NCBI GenBank assembly: GCA_963662285.2
Contig: CAXXMV010000006.1
Span: 544,001-608,000, forward strand
Origin: a bacterium
GTDB taxonomy: Bacteria; Hinthialibacterota; Hinthialibacteria; Hinthialibacterales; Hinthialibacteraceae
Reading direction: 5' to 3'
Length of the DNA stretch: 64,000 bases
In this document: positions 10,280-20,453 of the stretch, in pieces
Layout: each line of letters begins with the position of its first letter
Position numbering within the stretch: the first letter of the stretch is position 1
Program-made: the position numbers and the translations under genes
Notes under the pieces: model-generated
The model's database searches: none
Told to the model about the DNA's origin: nothing
The model's input: only the letters and a program-made list of their open reading frames with translations

Positions 10280-10522
10280 GATGTGAACCTCTTTCTCATA
10301 CTGATTGAATCTAATATATGGGTGTTATAATACAAACTTTGCCGTCATTGCGTTTACCTGATGAGCTGAGGTAGACTAAAATAACTGTAAGGCAAACTTA
10401 GCACTGTCTATATAATTGTAAACGAAGATTTTTATGACCGTCTAATCATTTGATTGACAAGTAATCCTATGCTTAGAGTAATCCAATGCGCAAGGATTTT
10501 CATCCAAGAGGAGGAAGAAAGA

Positions 10523-11779
10523 ATGCGAAGGATTCCAGTAGTTATCTCGATGTTCACAATTCTGTTAACATTCAATTTTATCATTCATTGCGCGGAGTCA
10601 AACCCCCCAAAGCAGATGGAGGCCTATGTTCCATGCCGGGCGATTACTCAAGGCCCCGATTCGCACTGGTTTTCGTATTATGATAAATTTCAGTTTGATG
10701 CGTCCGGGCGTTACGCGCTGGGAATGGAAGTGACCTTCAATAACCGTCCGCCGGAAGCTGGTGAAGCCATTAAGCTGGGCATGGTTGATCTGGAAGATAA
10801 TGATAAATGGATTGAACTGGCCGAAACGCGAGCCTGGGGCTGGCAGCAGGGCTGTATGTTGCAATGGATTCCGGGAAGCAAAAGCGAAGTAATCTATAAT
10901 ACTATGATGGATGGACGGTTCGTTTCGGTGATCCTGGATGTATTCACCAGAAAATCGCGCGTATTGCCAATGCCTATATATACCTTGAGCGGTGATGGCA
11001 AATGGGGCGTGGTTCCCAATTTTTCCCGCTTGAATGAAATGCGCCCCGGTTATGGATACGAAGGAGTGGAAGACGCCTGGGCGGATATCAACCAACCAAA
11101 AGGCGACGGCATCCATAGGATCAACCTGAAAACGGGTGAAACCAAGTTAATCGTATCAATCGACCAGATCGCCAATTTTCGTACTACGCCATCGATGAAG
11201 AATACCAAGCATTATTTCAACCACCTGCTCTTTAACCCTACCGGCGAGCGATTTATTTTTCTGCATCGTTGGCGTATTACAAGAGATAACGGCAAGTCCG
11301 GGTGGCATACGCGGTTATTTACAGTTCAACCTGATGGTGAAAACCTTCAATGCCTAAATGAACATAATATGACGTCTCACTTTATCTGGAAGAATGCCAG
11401 TCAAATACTGGCCTGGGCGCATGAACCGGAAATCGGCGACAGGTTCTTTTTGTATGATGATTTGTCTGATAAGAAACAGGTTATCGGCGACGGGCTGTTG
11501 ATGCGTGATGGACATTGCACCTATTCACCTGACGGGGAGTGGATTCTGACCGACACTTATCCCGATAAAGAACGTATGCAGAACCTGATGCTTTACCGTC
11601 CATCCGATGGAAAACTGGTTAAACTGGGCAGGTTCTATCTGGACAAAAAATTCACCGGACAAACACGCTGCGACCTGCATGGCCGTTGGAGCCGGGATGG
11701 GAAATCAATTTGCATCGACTCGCTTCATACCGGCAAAAGGCAAATGTATTTGCTCGATATCAGCGGGATTGTTAAATAA
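10523..11779 (+). CDS. Secreted beta-propeller protein, oligogalacturonate-lyase/TolB-like
   Basis: Signal peptide from MRRIPVV (GAGG RBS); WQQGCMLQW, RPGYGY, HYFNH, DGHCTYSPDG, RCDLH motifs. Confidence 0.7.
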   Translation: MRRIPVVISMFTILLTFNFIIHCAESNPPKQMEAYVPCRAITQGPDSHWFSYYDKFQFDASGRYALGMEVTFNNRPPEAGEAIKLGMVDLEDNDKWIELAETRAWGWQQGCMLQWIPGSKSEVIYNTMMDGRFVSVILDVFTRKSRVLPMPIYTLSGDGKWGVVPNFSRLNEMRPGYGYEGVEDAWADINQPKGDGIHRINLKTGETKLIVSIDQIANFRTTPSMKNTKHYFNHLLFNPTGERFIFLHRWRITRDNGKSGWHTRLFTVQPDGENLQCLNEHNMTSHFIWKNASQILAWAHEPEIGDRFFLYDDLSDKKQVIGDGLLMRDGHCTYSPDGEWILTDTYPDKERMQNLMLYRPSDGKLVKLGRFYLDKKFTGQTRCDLHGRWSRDGKSICIDSLHTGKRQMYLLDISGIVK

Positions 11780-11852
11780 TCCGATTGGTATATCAGGTTT
11801 TGTGGGCAACATATAAAAAGTCTGTATCTGGAAAGTACTAGAGGTAAGATAA

Positions 11853-12851
11853 ATGAAACGTTTGATAAAATCCATTTTTTTGTTGGTTATGACTATATGC
11901 GCAACTTTGAATTCCGCCATACTTGCCGATGAAGCGGCGCCTTCCAAAATGCGCAGTATGCAATATACGTCGCGGTCAGCAAAGGAAGCCATTGGATGGC
12001 AGTATGAGTTGCGCACTAAATTTTTTGCTTTGCTTAATATGGAAGACTTGATCGCTAATCGACTTTCAATTCCGTTGGATGCCAAAGTATTGTCGTCCAA
12101 TGAATTGGATGGATATACTCAGGAAGAGATTGAATTCCGCTCGACTCCATCGCGCCGGGGACGGATGATTAAAGCAGTCATAACCACGCCCGATGGTCCG
12201 CATCCTCCCTATCCAGCGGTTATCTGCATTCATGGTCATGGCGGGAACCGTTACAGCGCTTATGACTCAAGCAGCATTTACAAAGGCTTTGCTACAGAAC
12301 TGGCCAAACAGGGTTACATTACGATCTCCATCGACATCGGGCAGCATGAAGTCTATGAGAAGCGCCGCACTTTAATGGGAGAGAGGTTGTGGGATTTGAT
12401 CCGTTGCGTGGATTATCTGCATGCATCGCCTATAGTGGATAAAGGGCGCATCGGGTGCGCCGGGCTTTCGCTGGGCGGCGAGATGAGTATGTGGTTGGGA
12501 GCGATTGACCGGCGGGTGGCGGCGGTAGTCAGCGCCGGATTCCTGACCGTGATGGATCAGATGGAACAGAATCACTGCATGTGCTGGAAGTTCCCCGGAC
12601 TGCGCGAGTTGGTCGATTTCGCCGACATATATTCGATGACCGCCCCGCGGGCATTGCAATGCCAAAACGGACTCAAAGAACCGGAAACCCAGTTTTATGT
12701 ACCTCTAGCCAAACAAGCATTACAAGAGATAAAGGTTATATATAAAGATTTCGACGCATCAGATAACCTCGAACTCGATATACACCAAGGCGCGCATGAG
12801 ATTGATCTGCCTGAGTTGATGCGTTTTATGGATGAGCATTTGAAAGATTAA
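11853..12851 (+). CDS. Secreted alpha/beta hydrolase (dienelactone hydrolase/acetyl esterase-like)
   Basis: PAVICIHGHG, GLSLGG nucleophile elbow, APR, C-terminal His (GAH); signal peptide. Confidence 0.85.
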   Translation: MKRLIKSIFLLVMTICATLNSAILADEAAPSKMRSMQYTSRSAKEAIGWQYELRTKFFALLNMEDLIANRLSIPLDAKVLSSNELDGYTQEEIEFRSTPSRRGRMIKAVITTPDGPHPPYPAVICIHGHGGNRYSAYDSSSIYKGFATELAKQGYITISIDIGQHEVYEKRRTLMGERLWDLIRCVDYLHASPIVDKGRIGCAGLSLGGEMSMWLGAIDRRVAAVVSAGFLTVMDQMEQNHCMCWKFPGLRELVDFADIYSMTAPRALQCQNGLKEPETQFYVPLAKQALQEIKVIYKDFDASDNLELDIHQGAHEIDLPELMRFMDEHLKD

Positions 12852-12924
12852 ATAAGAGGTGGTTTTTTGATGGATCTGTGAAGATTGACCTATCCTACGC
12901 AGAAGCTAAAGGAGTTAATCAAAC

Positions 12925-14184
12925 ATGAATTTTCATCGCATGAGGATAAAACCAGTTGTTATTGTTTGCATATATGTGATCTTGTCATTCTCCGTTTGTT
13001 CAGCGGATGAGCGGCTTGATTTTGGGCCTATTGTAAACAAGCAGTTCCCGGCCTTGGTATATGAGGAGGAATTGCTCGACCATGATCCTGCTGATAGGTC
13101 ACGTTTGATGATCGCTTCGTTCAATAATGGCAAACCAGTAATTCATAATATCGCCGCTGCTCAATACATTACGCCAAGGCGTCTCTCTGATGCTGTGTTT
13201 ATGCTTGAAATGAGCCACCATCCGAAAGATCAAACGCTATGGACGCAAACTCACTACTTGGTGGATTTTCAGACCGGATCGAGCGTCCTACTTGGAGAAA
13301 GCAAATCGCGGGATAGACTGGTGCATTTTTACAGCATTTATAGTGATAAAGGCGAAGCCATCATTCTTCGATATGGTCAAGGCACAGATGAAAGCACGTT
13401 GCTTCGCGCTGATCTGAAAACGCTGAAAGTCGATCCATTGTATACAATACCAATAACAGAGGCCACGCATGGATTTCATTCTCCAAAGATGAAGATTTCT
13501 CCTGATTTTAAACGGCTTGCAACGATGATACCCATAGAGGGAGATGAAAAAGCCTATATAAAGAAATCCTACAAACTACGCGTGTTAGACTTGCAGACCA
13601 TGAAAACCACTGATTTAGATGAAATGGTAACAGTTGAAATTGGGGGATTTTCTTCGAATGGTCCTGGCATTCCTCCATTCGTCTGGCTGGATTCTGAAGA
13701 GATTCTCTATCAGCATATGCCGCCCAGCGAAATGCCAAACGATGATTTCGATGTACAATATGTGCTAAAAAGCGCTAGCATCAAGAATAGCACAACGACT
13801 GAATGGCTCCGTAACCGAATGCGCCTTACTCTACGCGGCGGGTCTATGAGCGTTAACCGGTCTAAAAACGAGGTTAATTTTCACGATTGTGTGGTTGATA
13901 TCTCTAGCCGCAGTTTAAAGACCAAGGATACGCGCAAGCCTCAAAAGAATCAGAAAATCGAGCAACTCGAATTGAAGGTCAAAACCTTATTAAGCCCCAA
14001 GAATTACGGAATAACCCAAACATTAGTTTCTTCTTCCAAGAAAAATGCCGCCTGTTTCATAAATTTTAAGGATGATAGAAGCGAAACGCCGAAAATCTAT
14101 GCGCAAACAGAAGAGATGACGCAACCTATTGTTGTATCGGATGCACAGTTTTCTACATCGCTCATCACATGGATTGAGGACTAA
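12925..14184 (+). CDS. Secreted hypothetical protein (possible beta-propeller)
   Basis: AAGGAG RBS, signal peptide, ISPDFKRLA-type blade motif. Confidence 0.7.
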   Translation: MNFHRMRIKPVVIVCIYVILSFSVCSADERLDFGPIVNKQFPALVYEEELLDHDPADRSRLMIASFNNGKPVIHNIAAAQYITPRRLSDAVFMLEMSHHPKDQTLWTQTHYLVDFQTGSSVLLGESKSRDRLVHFYSIYSDKGEAIILRYGQGTDESTLLRADLKTLKVDPLYTIPITEATHGFHSPKMKISPDFKRLATMIPIEGDEKAYIKKSYKLRVLDLQTMKTTDLDEMVTVEIGGFSSNGPGIPPFVWLDSEEILYQHMPPSEMPNDDFDVQYVLKSASIKNSTTTEWLRNRMRLTLRGGSMSVNRSKNEVNFHDCVVDISSRSLKTKDTRKPQKNQKIEQLELKVKTLLSPKNYGITQTLVSSSKKNAACFINFKDDRSETPKIYAQTEEMTQPIVVSDAQFSTSLITWIED

Positions 14185-14193
14185 CGCAGTAAA

Positions 14194-14285
14194 GTAGGGT
14201 GGGCTGAAAGCGACAGCGTAGCCCACCGTGATACGCAGGTGGCTTTGGTGGGCTACACCGCTTCGCGGCTTTTAGCCCACCCTAC
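14194..14285. repeat. REPIN: inverted pair of GTAG-REPs (family A), copy 1
   Basis: GTAGGGTGGGCT...AGCCCACC-spacer-GGTGGGCT...AGCCCACCCTAC. Confidence 0.85.
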
Positions 14286-14312
14286 CGGCTACCGGCTTTT
14301 ATCACATCCTAC

Positions 14313-15437
14313 TTAACGCCATTTCACTTCTTTCACCCGCGCCCCCCGGTACCAGATGGTGTTTCCAGGGGTGTGTTGTTGGAATCCGAAACCTCCCTGG
14401 TATGGCGGTTTGAGAGCGCTGGTTTGGCTTACAGGTTCTCCATTGACCATAACCATAGCGATGGGGCCGTCGGCGAATACTTGCAGCAGGAACCACTGTT
14501 GATCATAACTCACGATCCTTTGGGCTGGAGCAATGCCGTACATGCTTCCAGTGGGATTGGTGCTGTCGGGTGAGTTAAAACACTGTACTTCTATGCCGTG
14601 GTTATTATCCTGGCGGTAAAAATGAACGCCGCCGTTGCCGTTGACCATTGTTTTTACCCAAACCTGAAATTCAAATGGTCCACTGAATTTACGCTTGGTG
14701 AAAATGAAGCCATTTTTTCCCTTACCTGTCAGTAAGTCGCCTTCTAGGCTCCAGTCGGTTTCTTCTAATCGTAGAAGACTATACAGACCAGGATCGAACA
14801 GGTTGATCCAGTCTTCTTTATCGGGCAATACGCAGATTTCTAATTTACGGAATGAAGCCTTGCAGCCGATGTTTTGGATGCCGATGAATCCCCGCCGTAA
14901 TCTATGGCGTAGTTGATCATGGGTTTTCATATTAATGTCATGGATCAGTTTTCCGTTTAGGGTTACGCGTAGGGTTGGCCAATCGCAGACTATCTCGCAT
15001 TGATTCCATTGGCCCGATGGTAGGTTTGCGATAGATAGCGGCGCCGCGGCGTCATAAATGGCGCCGGGAGAACGAACGCCATATTCATGCTGGTCGTGCC
15101 GCAGGTGAAGTTTCATACCCAGTTTTGAAGCAGGGCCGTCGGCTGGGGCATGGAGTAAGATTCCGCCTTCATACCAACCATCAGTTTTATATTCAAAACG
15201 TAATATGAAATTTTCATACTGTGCATCGCTGCGCAGCCAGGATGGGTAGGGGCCAGCTCCGGTGGTATATATTGAGTTCTGCTTAACCACAAAAGCATCG
15301 GGGGTTCCAACGGTTTGCCAGCCGGATAGATCTTCACCATTGAAAATGGGAGAAAAACCTTCTTCAGCTGAAGCTATCACGGGAAGGATTAATAAAAGAC
15401 CAAAGAACATGATGAATAATGTTTTTTTGCGTTCCAA
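14313..15437 (-). CDS. DUF1080 / 3-keto-disaccharide hydrolase family protein (two domains), copy 1
   Basis: Signal peptide; IFNGEDLSGW, YENFILRFEYK, GQWN, GFIGIQN, FRKLEI; second domain NGGV, TGSMYG, GFQQH. Confidence 0.88.
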   Translation of the reverse strand: MERKKTLFIMFFGLLLILPVIASAEEGFSPIFNGEDLSGWQTVGTPDAFVVKQNSIYTTGAGPYPSWLRSDAQYENFILRFEYKTDGWYEGGILLHAPADGPASKLGMKLHLRHDQHEYGVRSPGAIYDAAAPLSIANLPSGQWNQCEIVCDWPTLRVTLNGKLIHDINMKTHDQLRHRLRRGFIGIQNIGCKASFRKLEICVLPDKEDWINLFDPGLYSLLRLEETDWSLEGDLLTGKGKNGFIFTKRKFSGPFEFQVWVKTMVNGNGGVHFYRQDNNHGIEVQCFNSPDSTNPTGSMYGIAPAQRIVSYDQQWFLLQVFADGPIAMVMVNGEPVSQTSALKPPYQGGFGFQQHTPGNTIWYRGARVKEVKWR

Positions 15438-15491
15438 TGTTTTTGCCCTCTTATTATTGTTGGAAATTACATTTTGATACAGGGTGGTTTT

Positions 15492-15530
15492 GGTGGGCTA
15501 CGTCGCTTTGCGACTTTTAGCCCACCCTAC
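15492..15530 (-). repeat. GTAG-REP (family A) between pilin and DUF1080
   Basis: GGTGGGCT...AGCCCACCCTAC; identical copy at 21929-21967. Confidence 0.8.
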
Positions 15531-15537
15531 CTGGTAA

Positions 15538-16158
15538 TTATTGTCCACCCAGAATCTGGCTGTTAAGGACAAAGATATTGCCAGCTGAGATTAAGCCATT
15601 TGAGGGCATGTAAATAAAATCAGCATTTTTGTCATGTAATCCTTGAGCGCCCGCAGTGCCCCAGGGGTAATTCTGTAAACCATTGGGTCCAACTGACGTC
15701 ATGATGTATGAAATACTGTACCTCTTCAGCATGTTGAAGGTATCTGTGCTGTTTTTGCAACTGGGAGTTCCCTTGGGGCCAAATGAAACGGCGGAGGTAT
15801 ATTCATAAACTGGTTTCATTCCGGTTTTGATGCTCTGCCGGTTCTGAAATTTCGGATCAATGCCGGCGAATCCATCATCTGGAATTGCGCTAATATAGGA
15901 AACTGGGGTAGTCAGCGGAATATATGAAAGATGTTCGGCCTGTCCGACGCCGCAATCTCCATCATAAGTATATTGCCCACGATCCAGGTGATACTGTTCC
16001 TGCGCCATTGCTACAGCTTTCATGTCCGAAACGACGCGCGCGACTTTAGCCCTTTGCTGTGCATTCAAGAAATTCGGCACGGCGATGGCGGCCAGAACTC
16101 CAATGATGGCGACGACAATAAGCAATTCAATCAGCGTGAACCCTCTAGGTTTAGTCAT
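15538..16158 (-). CDS. Prepilin-type N-terminal cleavage/methylation (GspG-like) protein, paralog A
   Basis: Class III signal peptide RG|FTLIELLIVVAIIGVLAAIAVPNF; likely start MTKPRG at 16158. Confidence 0.9.
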   Translation of the reverse strand: MTKPRGFTLIELLIVVAIIGVLAAIAVPNFLNAQQRAKVARVVSDMKAVAMAQEQYHLDRGQYTYDGDCGVGQAEHLSYIPLTTPVSYISAIPDDGFAGIDPKFQNRQSIKTGMKPVYEYTSAVSFGPKGTPSCKNSTDTFNMLKRYSISYIMTSVGPNGLQNYPWGTAGAQGLHDKNADFIYMPSNGLISAGNIFVLNSQILGGQ

Positions 16159-16314
16159 AATCGAAGCCCTCTGTTTTAGCAAATAAATTATCGATTCATT
16201 ATACATTATAAGATTGCTTGATTTATGAGTTTTTTACTAGATTGGGTTACGTTTTTGTCATGTTTTGTTGGCTAATTCGCCGTTACTGAGGCTCTCTGAT
16301 TTGATAAACCGATA

Positions 16315-17829
16315 TTAATAATTCCAACAAGGTACTGCTGATGGCGTTGGACCAAAGAAAATATATATAACTCCGCACATTTCACGGCCTTGGTAAGTAC
16401 ATCGTGGATCGCCAATCACAAGATCATTGGAAGAATCATTGTTGATATTCATAAAGTAGGCGCCTGATCCCAAATGTAGATTACCTTCACCAGACTTGAG
16501 ATACCAATCGTATACATTCTGATCCAGATCGATTTCTTTAGGCCAAGTCATTCTACCTTTTAGTAAAATGCTATAACCGCCATCGGGTATTTGAGGATGG
16601 GTTCCGGTCAGAAGAACATCGTTCAGCCCGTCTCCATCAAAATCACCTGTTTTCATGAGATATCCCAAACCAACCTGGTCAGAACGTCCATGAATGGTTA
16701 TTAACTCTGGATCAGTGAGTATGTCGATAGTTGATGAAATATTTGATTTACCCAAAAGGATATATCCAGTGCCATTTTTAGTTCTATCTTTGGATGAGGC
16801 GGCAAGAGAACTGAATAACAGGTCTTTGACTTCATCACCATTCACATCGGCAACAGCCAGAGAATGACCGAGTGATCCATCCTTAACGCCATTCTGGATT
16901 GTTATATCGGCTTGAGTTGTTTGCAGATCAATTATGCTAGGCCAGGAGGAACGTCCATAAAATACGTATCCTTTACCTTGATTATTTTGTCCAGTCGAAA
17001 GATCGAATGCAATCAGATCGTCTAATCCATCGTTATTCAAATCACCGACTTCTACGGTGCGTCCGAGTCTGCTTATAGATGGTACAGAAGCTATGCCTTC
17101 TCCGTAAATCTCTACATCTACCGTGTCTTGATTTAACTCGATTTTCGCAGGCCAAGTCTCTTTTCCAAACAGAACTTGAACTCTTCCCGCCGATCCTAAT
17201 TCTTTCCCGGGCTTTTTTGCATTGTCATTTCCTGAAATAATATCTTTTTTTCCGTCATTATTGATATCACCCACTGCAACAGCATATCTAATCTCATAAT
17301 CAAGCGATGAGCCTTCTATGATCACATCGGCGGAAGAGGCTGAGATGTTCGTTTCAGTGAAGAAATCCGGTTTTCCTTTGAATATATAAATAGCGCCATT
17401 AGTTTTTAGATAAGATGCAGGATTCAGAATAATAAGATCGTGAAAACCATCCTCATCCAGATCTGTAACCCACCATCCAATACCGAACAATGTTTTTTCC
17501 AAAAGACCTGTGATTGTCAGATCGGCGCTTGCTTGGTTGAGATCAATGATTTTGGGTAATTCCTGGCCGCCTTGAAATATATCAATACAACCATTACCTA
17601 GATTCAAACTTTGATCAGAAGAAATAACGATATCGTTTTTCCCATCACCATTAAAATCCCCGACGCCGGTAAATGCAAAAAAACCTCCCAAACCATCTTT
17701 TTCCTGCGCGCCGATAATTTTGATATCATATTGATCAACATTGAGTTGATTCAACTCACTCGAGAAAGCAAATGGACAAATAAGTAATGCTAAAATTGTG
17801 AATGAATTACATTTTAATAGACATCCCAT
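16315..17829 (-). CDS. Secreted FG-GAP / integrin-alpha-like beta-propeller repeat protein
   Basis: About 7 GDxNxDGxxD repeats with G.VY+FFG; signal peptide; AAGGAG RBS. Confidence 0.9.
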   Translation of the reverse strand: MGCLLKCNSFTILALLICPFAFSSELNQLNVDQYDIKIIGAQEKDGLGGFFAFTGVGDFNGDGKNDIVISSDQSLNLGNGCIDIFQGGQELPKIIDLNQASADLTITGLLEKTLFGIGWWVTDLDEDGFHDLIILNPASYLKTNGAIYIFKGKPDFFTETNISASSADVIIEGSSLDYEIRYAVAVGDINNDGKKDIISGNDNAKKPGKELGSAGRVQVLFGKETWPAKIELNQDTVDVEIYGEGIASVPSISRLGRTVEVGDLNNDGLDDLIAFDLSTGQNNQGKGYVFYGRSSWPSIIDLQTTQADITIQNGVKDGSLGHSLAVADVNGDEVKDLLFSSLAASSKDRTKNGTGYILLGKSNISSTIDILTDPELITIHGRSDQVGLGYLMKTGDFDGDGLNDVLLTGTHPQIPDGGYSILLKGRMTWPKEIDLDQNVYDWYLKSGEGNLHLGSGAYFMNINNDSSNDLVIGDPRCTYQGREMCGVIYIFFGPTPSAVPCWNY

Positions 17830-17894
17830 AGATTACTCTCCTTAATTCATTGTGTTGATATGACGAATTGTATTTATTCTTGTAACTGTTAATT

Positions 17895-19676
17895 TCAGAC
17901 CTCCTGATCTGGTGGAATTTCATCCGATACCAGTTTGTAGATTAGTCGCAATTCCGTGCCGGGGTAGATGGTTTCTGTGGCGTTGAGATTCGCTGCTAAG
18001 TTGCGGGCGGCTTGATCCGATAGGTGGTTGGTCAAATGGTGCAACTGCACCGTTAAGGTTTTGTTTTCCTCATCCGGAATGAGATCCGCTTCCGTCGCAA
18101 ATATTTCCCGGATCAATGAGCGGGCATCGTCGCTTCGGGCCAATTTTGTTCGCACAATCATCGCCATGGCCGTCTCCGCCCGATAGGCGATCATTTTAAT
18201 CGCATCGAGAAATTGTTTGCGCGTCGGAGCGAGTTGCAAAAACCGTTCCGGCTCCGGCAGTTGATTAAGCGGCAAGTGCTTGTCAACCGTTTTACGTTCC
18301 TCCTTCATCCCGGCCAGTTCATGCTCCAACTGCTCGATATCTTCTTTGATTTCCCCCTTTTTTTGTTCAAAGGATAAGATATCTTTCTCCTCCACCTGGG
18401 ATTCCGTCAGCGCCAAAGTTCCAAACTCCGCCTTCTTTCTTCCCAATCGTCCCGCTTGTTTTTTTATCCGGCCTTCCAAAGAACGATAGGCGGGATTGAC
18501 CACTTTCACGGTATCATCCGGCTTGACGAGATCGTAGTCGATAAGCCGATCAATTCCATAGTGTTGCATCATATAACGGAAAAAGTTTTCCTGTGACCAT
18601 CGCGAGAACATATGCGCCGCAATACGGGTGAAATCAGAGGTGTAATCCGTACTGATCACCGAGGTTTGGTGACCGCTTTCTGTGAGTTTCCGGATTTCCC
18701 TCACCCACAAAACCCGGCCCAGGAACACCCCTCGTTCAGCCAATTTCATGCGTGATGAATGGCCGCCGGGCATCTCCACATTGACCTCGGTGAATTCCGC
18801 TTCCGGCCAATCTTCTTTGGGATACTTGTTGTAGGTTTGGCAGGCGATGCGGAGCGTCCGCATCTCCGCGAAGAAGGTTGGGCTGTATCCCTCACGGTCA
18901 AAGATCATGACAAACCGATGGCAATAAGGATTCGCTTCGAGTTGTTGCGGGCTGGGCTGGTTGGGAACATCCTGCAGCAGTTGCGGCGCGATCTCGCGTT
19001 TCAACATATCCAGCAATCCCGCGGTGAACGGCGTGCTCACCACGAAGAACGGATCGCCCTGCTGATCGTTTACCCAATAGTCGGTCGTGCCCCGCATGCA
19101 CAAGCGGTCGCGCGCCACGTACCGTTTGGGGAGCGGAGTTTGCGAGCCGTGATAGACGCGTACGTGTCCATCGATATACAGAACTCCCGCCGCCTCTGGA
19201 TTGTTATCCATCCAATGCCGTGACAAGATGCGGCTCCATTGCGCGACCGATTCGGGCGCCGCCAGGATTTTGATCTTTTCCCGCAAGGTCCGCACTTCGG
19301 GGATTCGATCCAATCCCAGCCATTTGCCCCCTTCTCCCGCCGGAAAATAGCGCAACTGTTCGTTGGTCTTGATCCGGATCAAGGCCATGAAAGCTAACAG
19401 CAGGAAAATATGAATGCAGGAATAATAACCTTTGGGCAGGGAGAACAAGGCTTCTGTTTTGGTCAACAATCCATTGGCCGATAACGCCGGCAGCGCCCAA
19501 AGCACGCCGCCATTGCAGACGTCCAGCGAGGTCTCGAAACGGGTGGGCGCTTCGCTGAGTTGCCCCGTCGCCGCGCAGACCCGCTCCACGACCCGCGTAC
19601 ATCCCATCCCCATGGGAGCGGCATGATCCGCCGCGCTGCGCTGGCTTTTGTTGCTGCCGTTCAGGTCTTTTTTTTT
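17895..19676 (-). CDS. Transposase catalytic part (OrfB), probably fused to OrfA by -1 frameshift
   Basis: YIDGH (D), FDREG (D), RWSQENFFR (E), coiled-coil insert; the frame is open to 19886 but the upstream part overlaps OrfA. Confidence 0.85.
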   Translation of the reverse strand, partial: KKKDLNGSNKSQRSAADHAAPMGMGCTRVVERVCAATGQLSEAPTRFETSLDVCNGGVLWALPALSANGLLTKTEALFSLPKGYYSCIHIFLLLAFMALIRIKTNEQLRYFPAGEGGKWLGLDRIPEVRTLREKIKILAAPESVAQWSRILSRHWMDNNPEAAGVLYIDGHVRVYHGSQTPLPKRYVARDRLCMRGTTDYWVNDQQGDPFFVVSTPFTAGLLDMLKREIAPQLLQDVPNQPSPQQLEANPYCHRFVMIFDREGYSPTFFAEMRTLRIACQTYNKYPKEDWPEAEFTEVNVEMPGGHSSRMKLAERGVFLGRVLWVREIRKLTESGHQTSVISTDYTSDFTRIAAHMFSRWSQENFFRYMMQHYGIDRLIDYDLVKPDDTVKVVNPAYRSLEGRIKKQAGRLGRKKAEFGTLALTESQVEEKDILSFEQKKGEIKEDIEQLEHELAGMKEERKTVDKHLPLNQLPEPERFLQLAPTRKQFLDAIKMIAYRAETAMAMIVRTKLARSDDARSLIREIFATEADLIPDEENKTLTVQLHHLTNHLSDQAARNLAANLNATETIYPGTELRLIYKLVSDEIPPDQEV

Positions 19677-20224
19677 ACCGGTTCGGTCAAGCGGCCTGCG
19701 CAGATCGCCTTCGACAAGGTATTCGATTTTAGATTCATTTGCTTCGCTGCTTCGGAACGGCTCACGCCCTGCGATAAGAGGTCTTGGGTTTTTTGCAACA
19801 CCTCCGGCGTCAGGACATGTTCGCTGCGTCGGCGCGGAGTTTTGAAGAATGCTTCCGGGCCTTCCTCGCGGTATTTCTTGACCCATCGCTTCATACTGAT
19901 GGCGCTGATGCCAAAGGCTCTAACGATGTCAACTTGGCGGCAGACTCCACTGACCGCCAACTGGCTGGTGAACATGCGAAAACTTTTAAGGTCGGTTTCC
20001 CCATGACTGAAAACCGGTAATCCGGCATGAAAGTAGTACACCGATCCATCTTTTTTTTGATAGGAAATCAACTCGGATATGAATCCTTCGCCTGATGCGA
20101 ATAGAGGTAATAAGGTCTGCGGCATTTTTTTAACTCCCTCATACTCTGCAGGATTGGCCTTCCCTCCAGTATCCTAACAAAATCCCGCGAGAACCGCAAA
20201 CCACGGGTGAGCTCAGGAGGTCTG
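17896..20224 (-). mobile_element. Insertion sequence, 2329 bp, DDE transposase (family unassigned, IS4-like YREK-type motif)
   Basis: Terminal inverted repeats CAGACCTCCTGA(T/G)CT; 5-bp target duplication AATTT (17891-17895 and 20225-20229); GC higher than flanks. Confidence 0.93.
19661..20125 (-). CDS. IS OrfA, helix-turn-helix protein
   Basis: GGAG RBS; 'QVDIVRAFGISAISMKRWVKKYREEG' HTH and a second HTH; ends at an A9G slippery site. Confidence 0.85.
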   Translation of the reverse strand: MPQTLLPLFASGEGFISELISYQKKDGSVYYFHAGLPVFSHGETDLKSFRMFTSQLAVSGVCRQVDIVRAFGISAISMKRWVKKYREEGPEAFFKTPRRRSEHVLTPEVLQKTQDLLSQGVSRSEAAKQMNLKSNTLSKAICAGRLTEPVKKKT

Positions 20225-20453
20225 AATTTATGCATAACGATGAATTTTTGTTAATATGTAGAAATACGTTATTGCTTTGGTTCTCTGTCGGTAAGGACTT
20301 GTGTAGCATATATTGTATGTTAGTCGGATTACTGATCGGTTTTCTAAATCTGAATCTTTGCGCTTCCGCTCAGATAGCGTAACATATTATCTATATGAAT
20401 TTATCACGCGTGAACACGGATTGGTTAAAGGCCAAGACATTTGGAGTTTAATA

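Larger units (their letters stand above)
14192..16125. repeat. ~1.9-kb segmental direct repeat, copy 1 (REPIN + DUF1080 + REP + pilin)
   Basis: Matches 20629-~22562 at a constant offset of 6437 bp. Confidence 0.95.

Noticed and set aside
10350-10410. Hammerhead, fluoride or c-di-GMP riboswitch (CTGATGA, GGCAAAC)
   Set aside because: Partner motifs (GAAA after stem II, GEMM second hairpin, fluoride pseudoknot) were not found
19677-19886. Independent start of the 663-aa transposase ORF
   Set aside because: Overlaps OrfA out of frame with no clear RBS; better explained by the frameshift fusion
20313-20453. N-terminal part of the 105-aa ORF at 20313
   Set aside because: Corresponds to non-coding DNA upstream of nrnA; homology starts at GTG 20454
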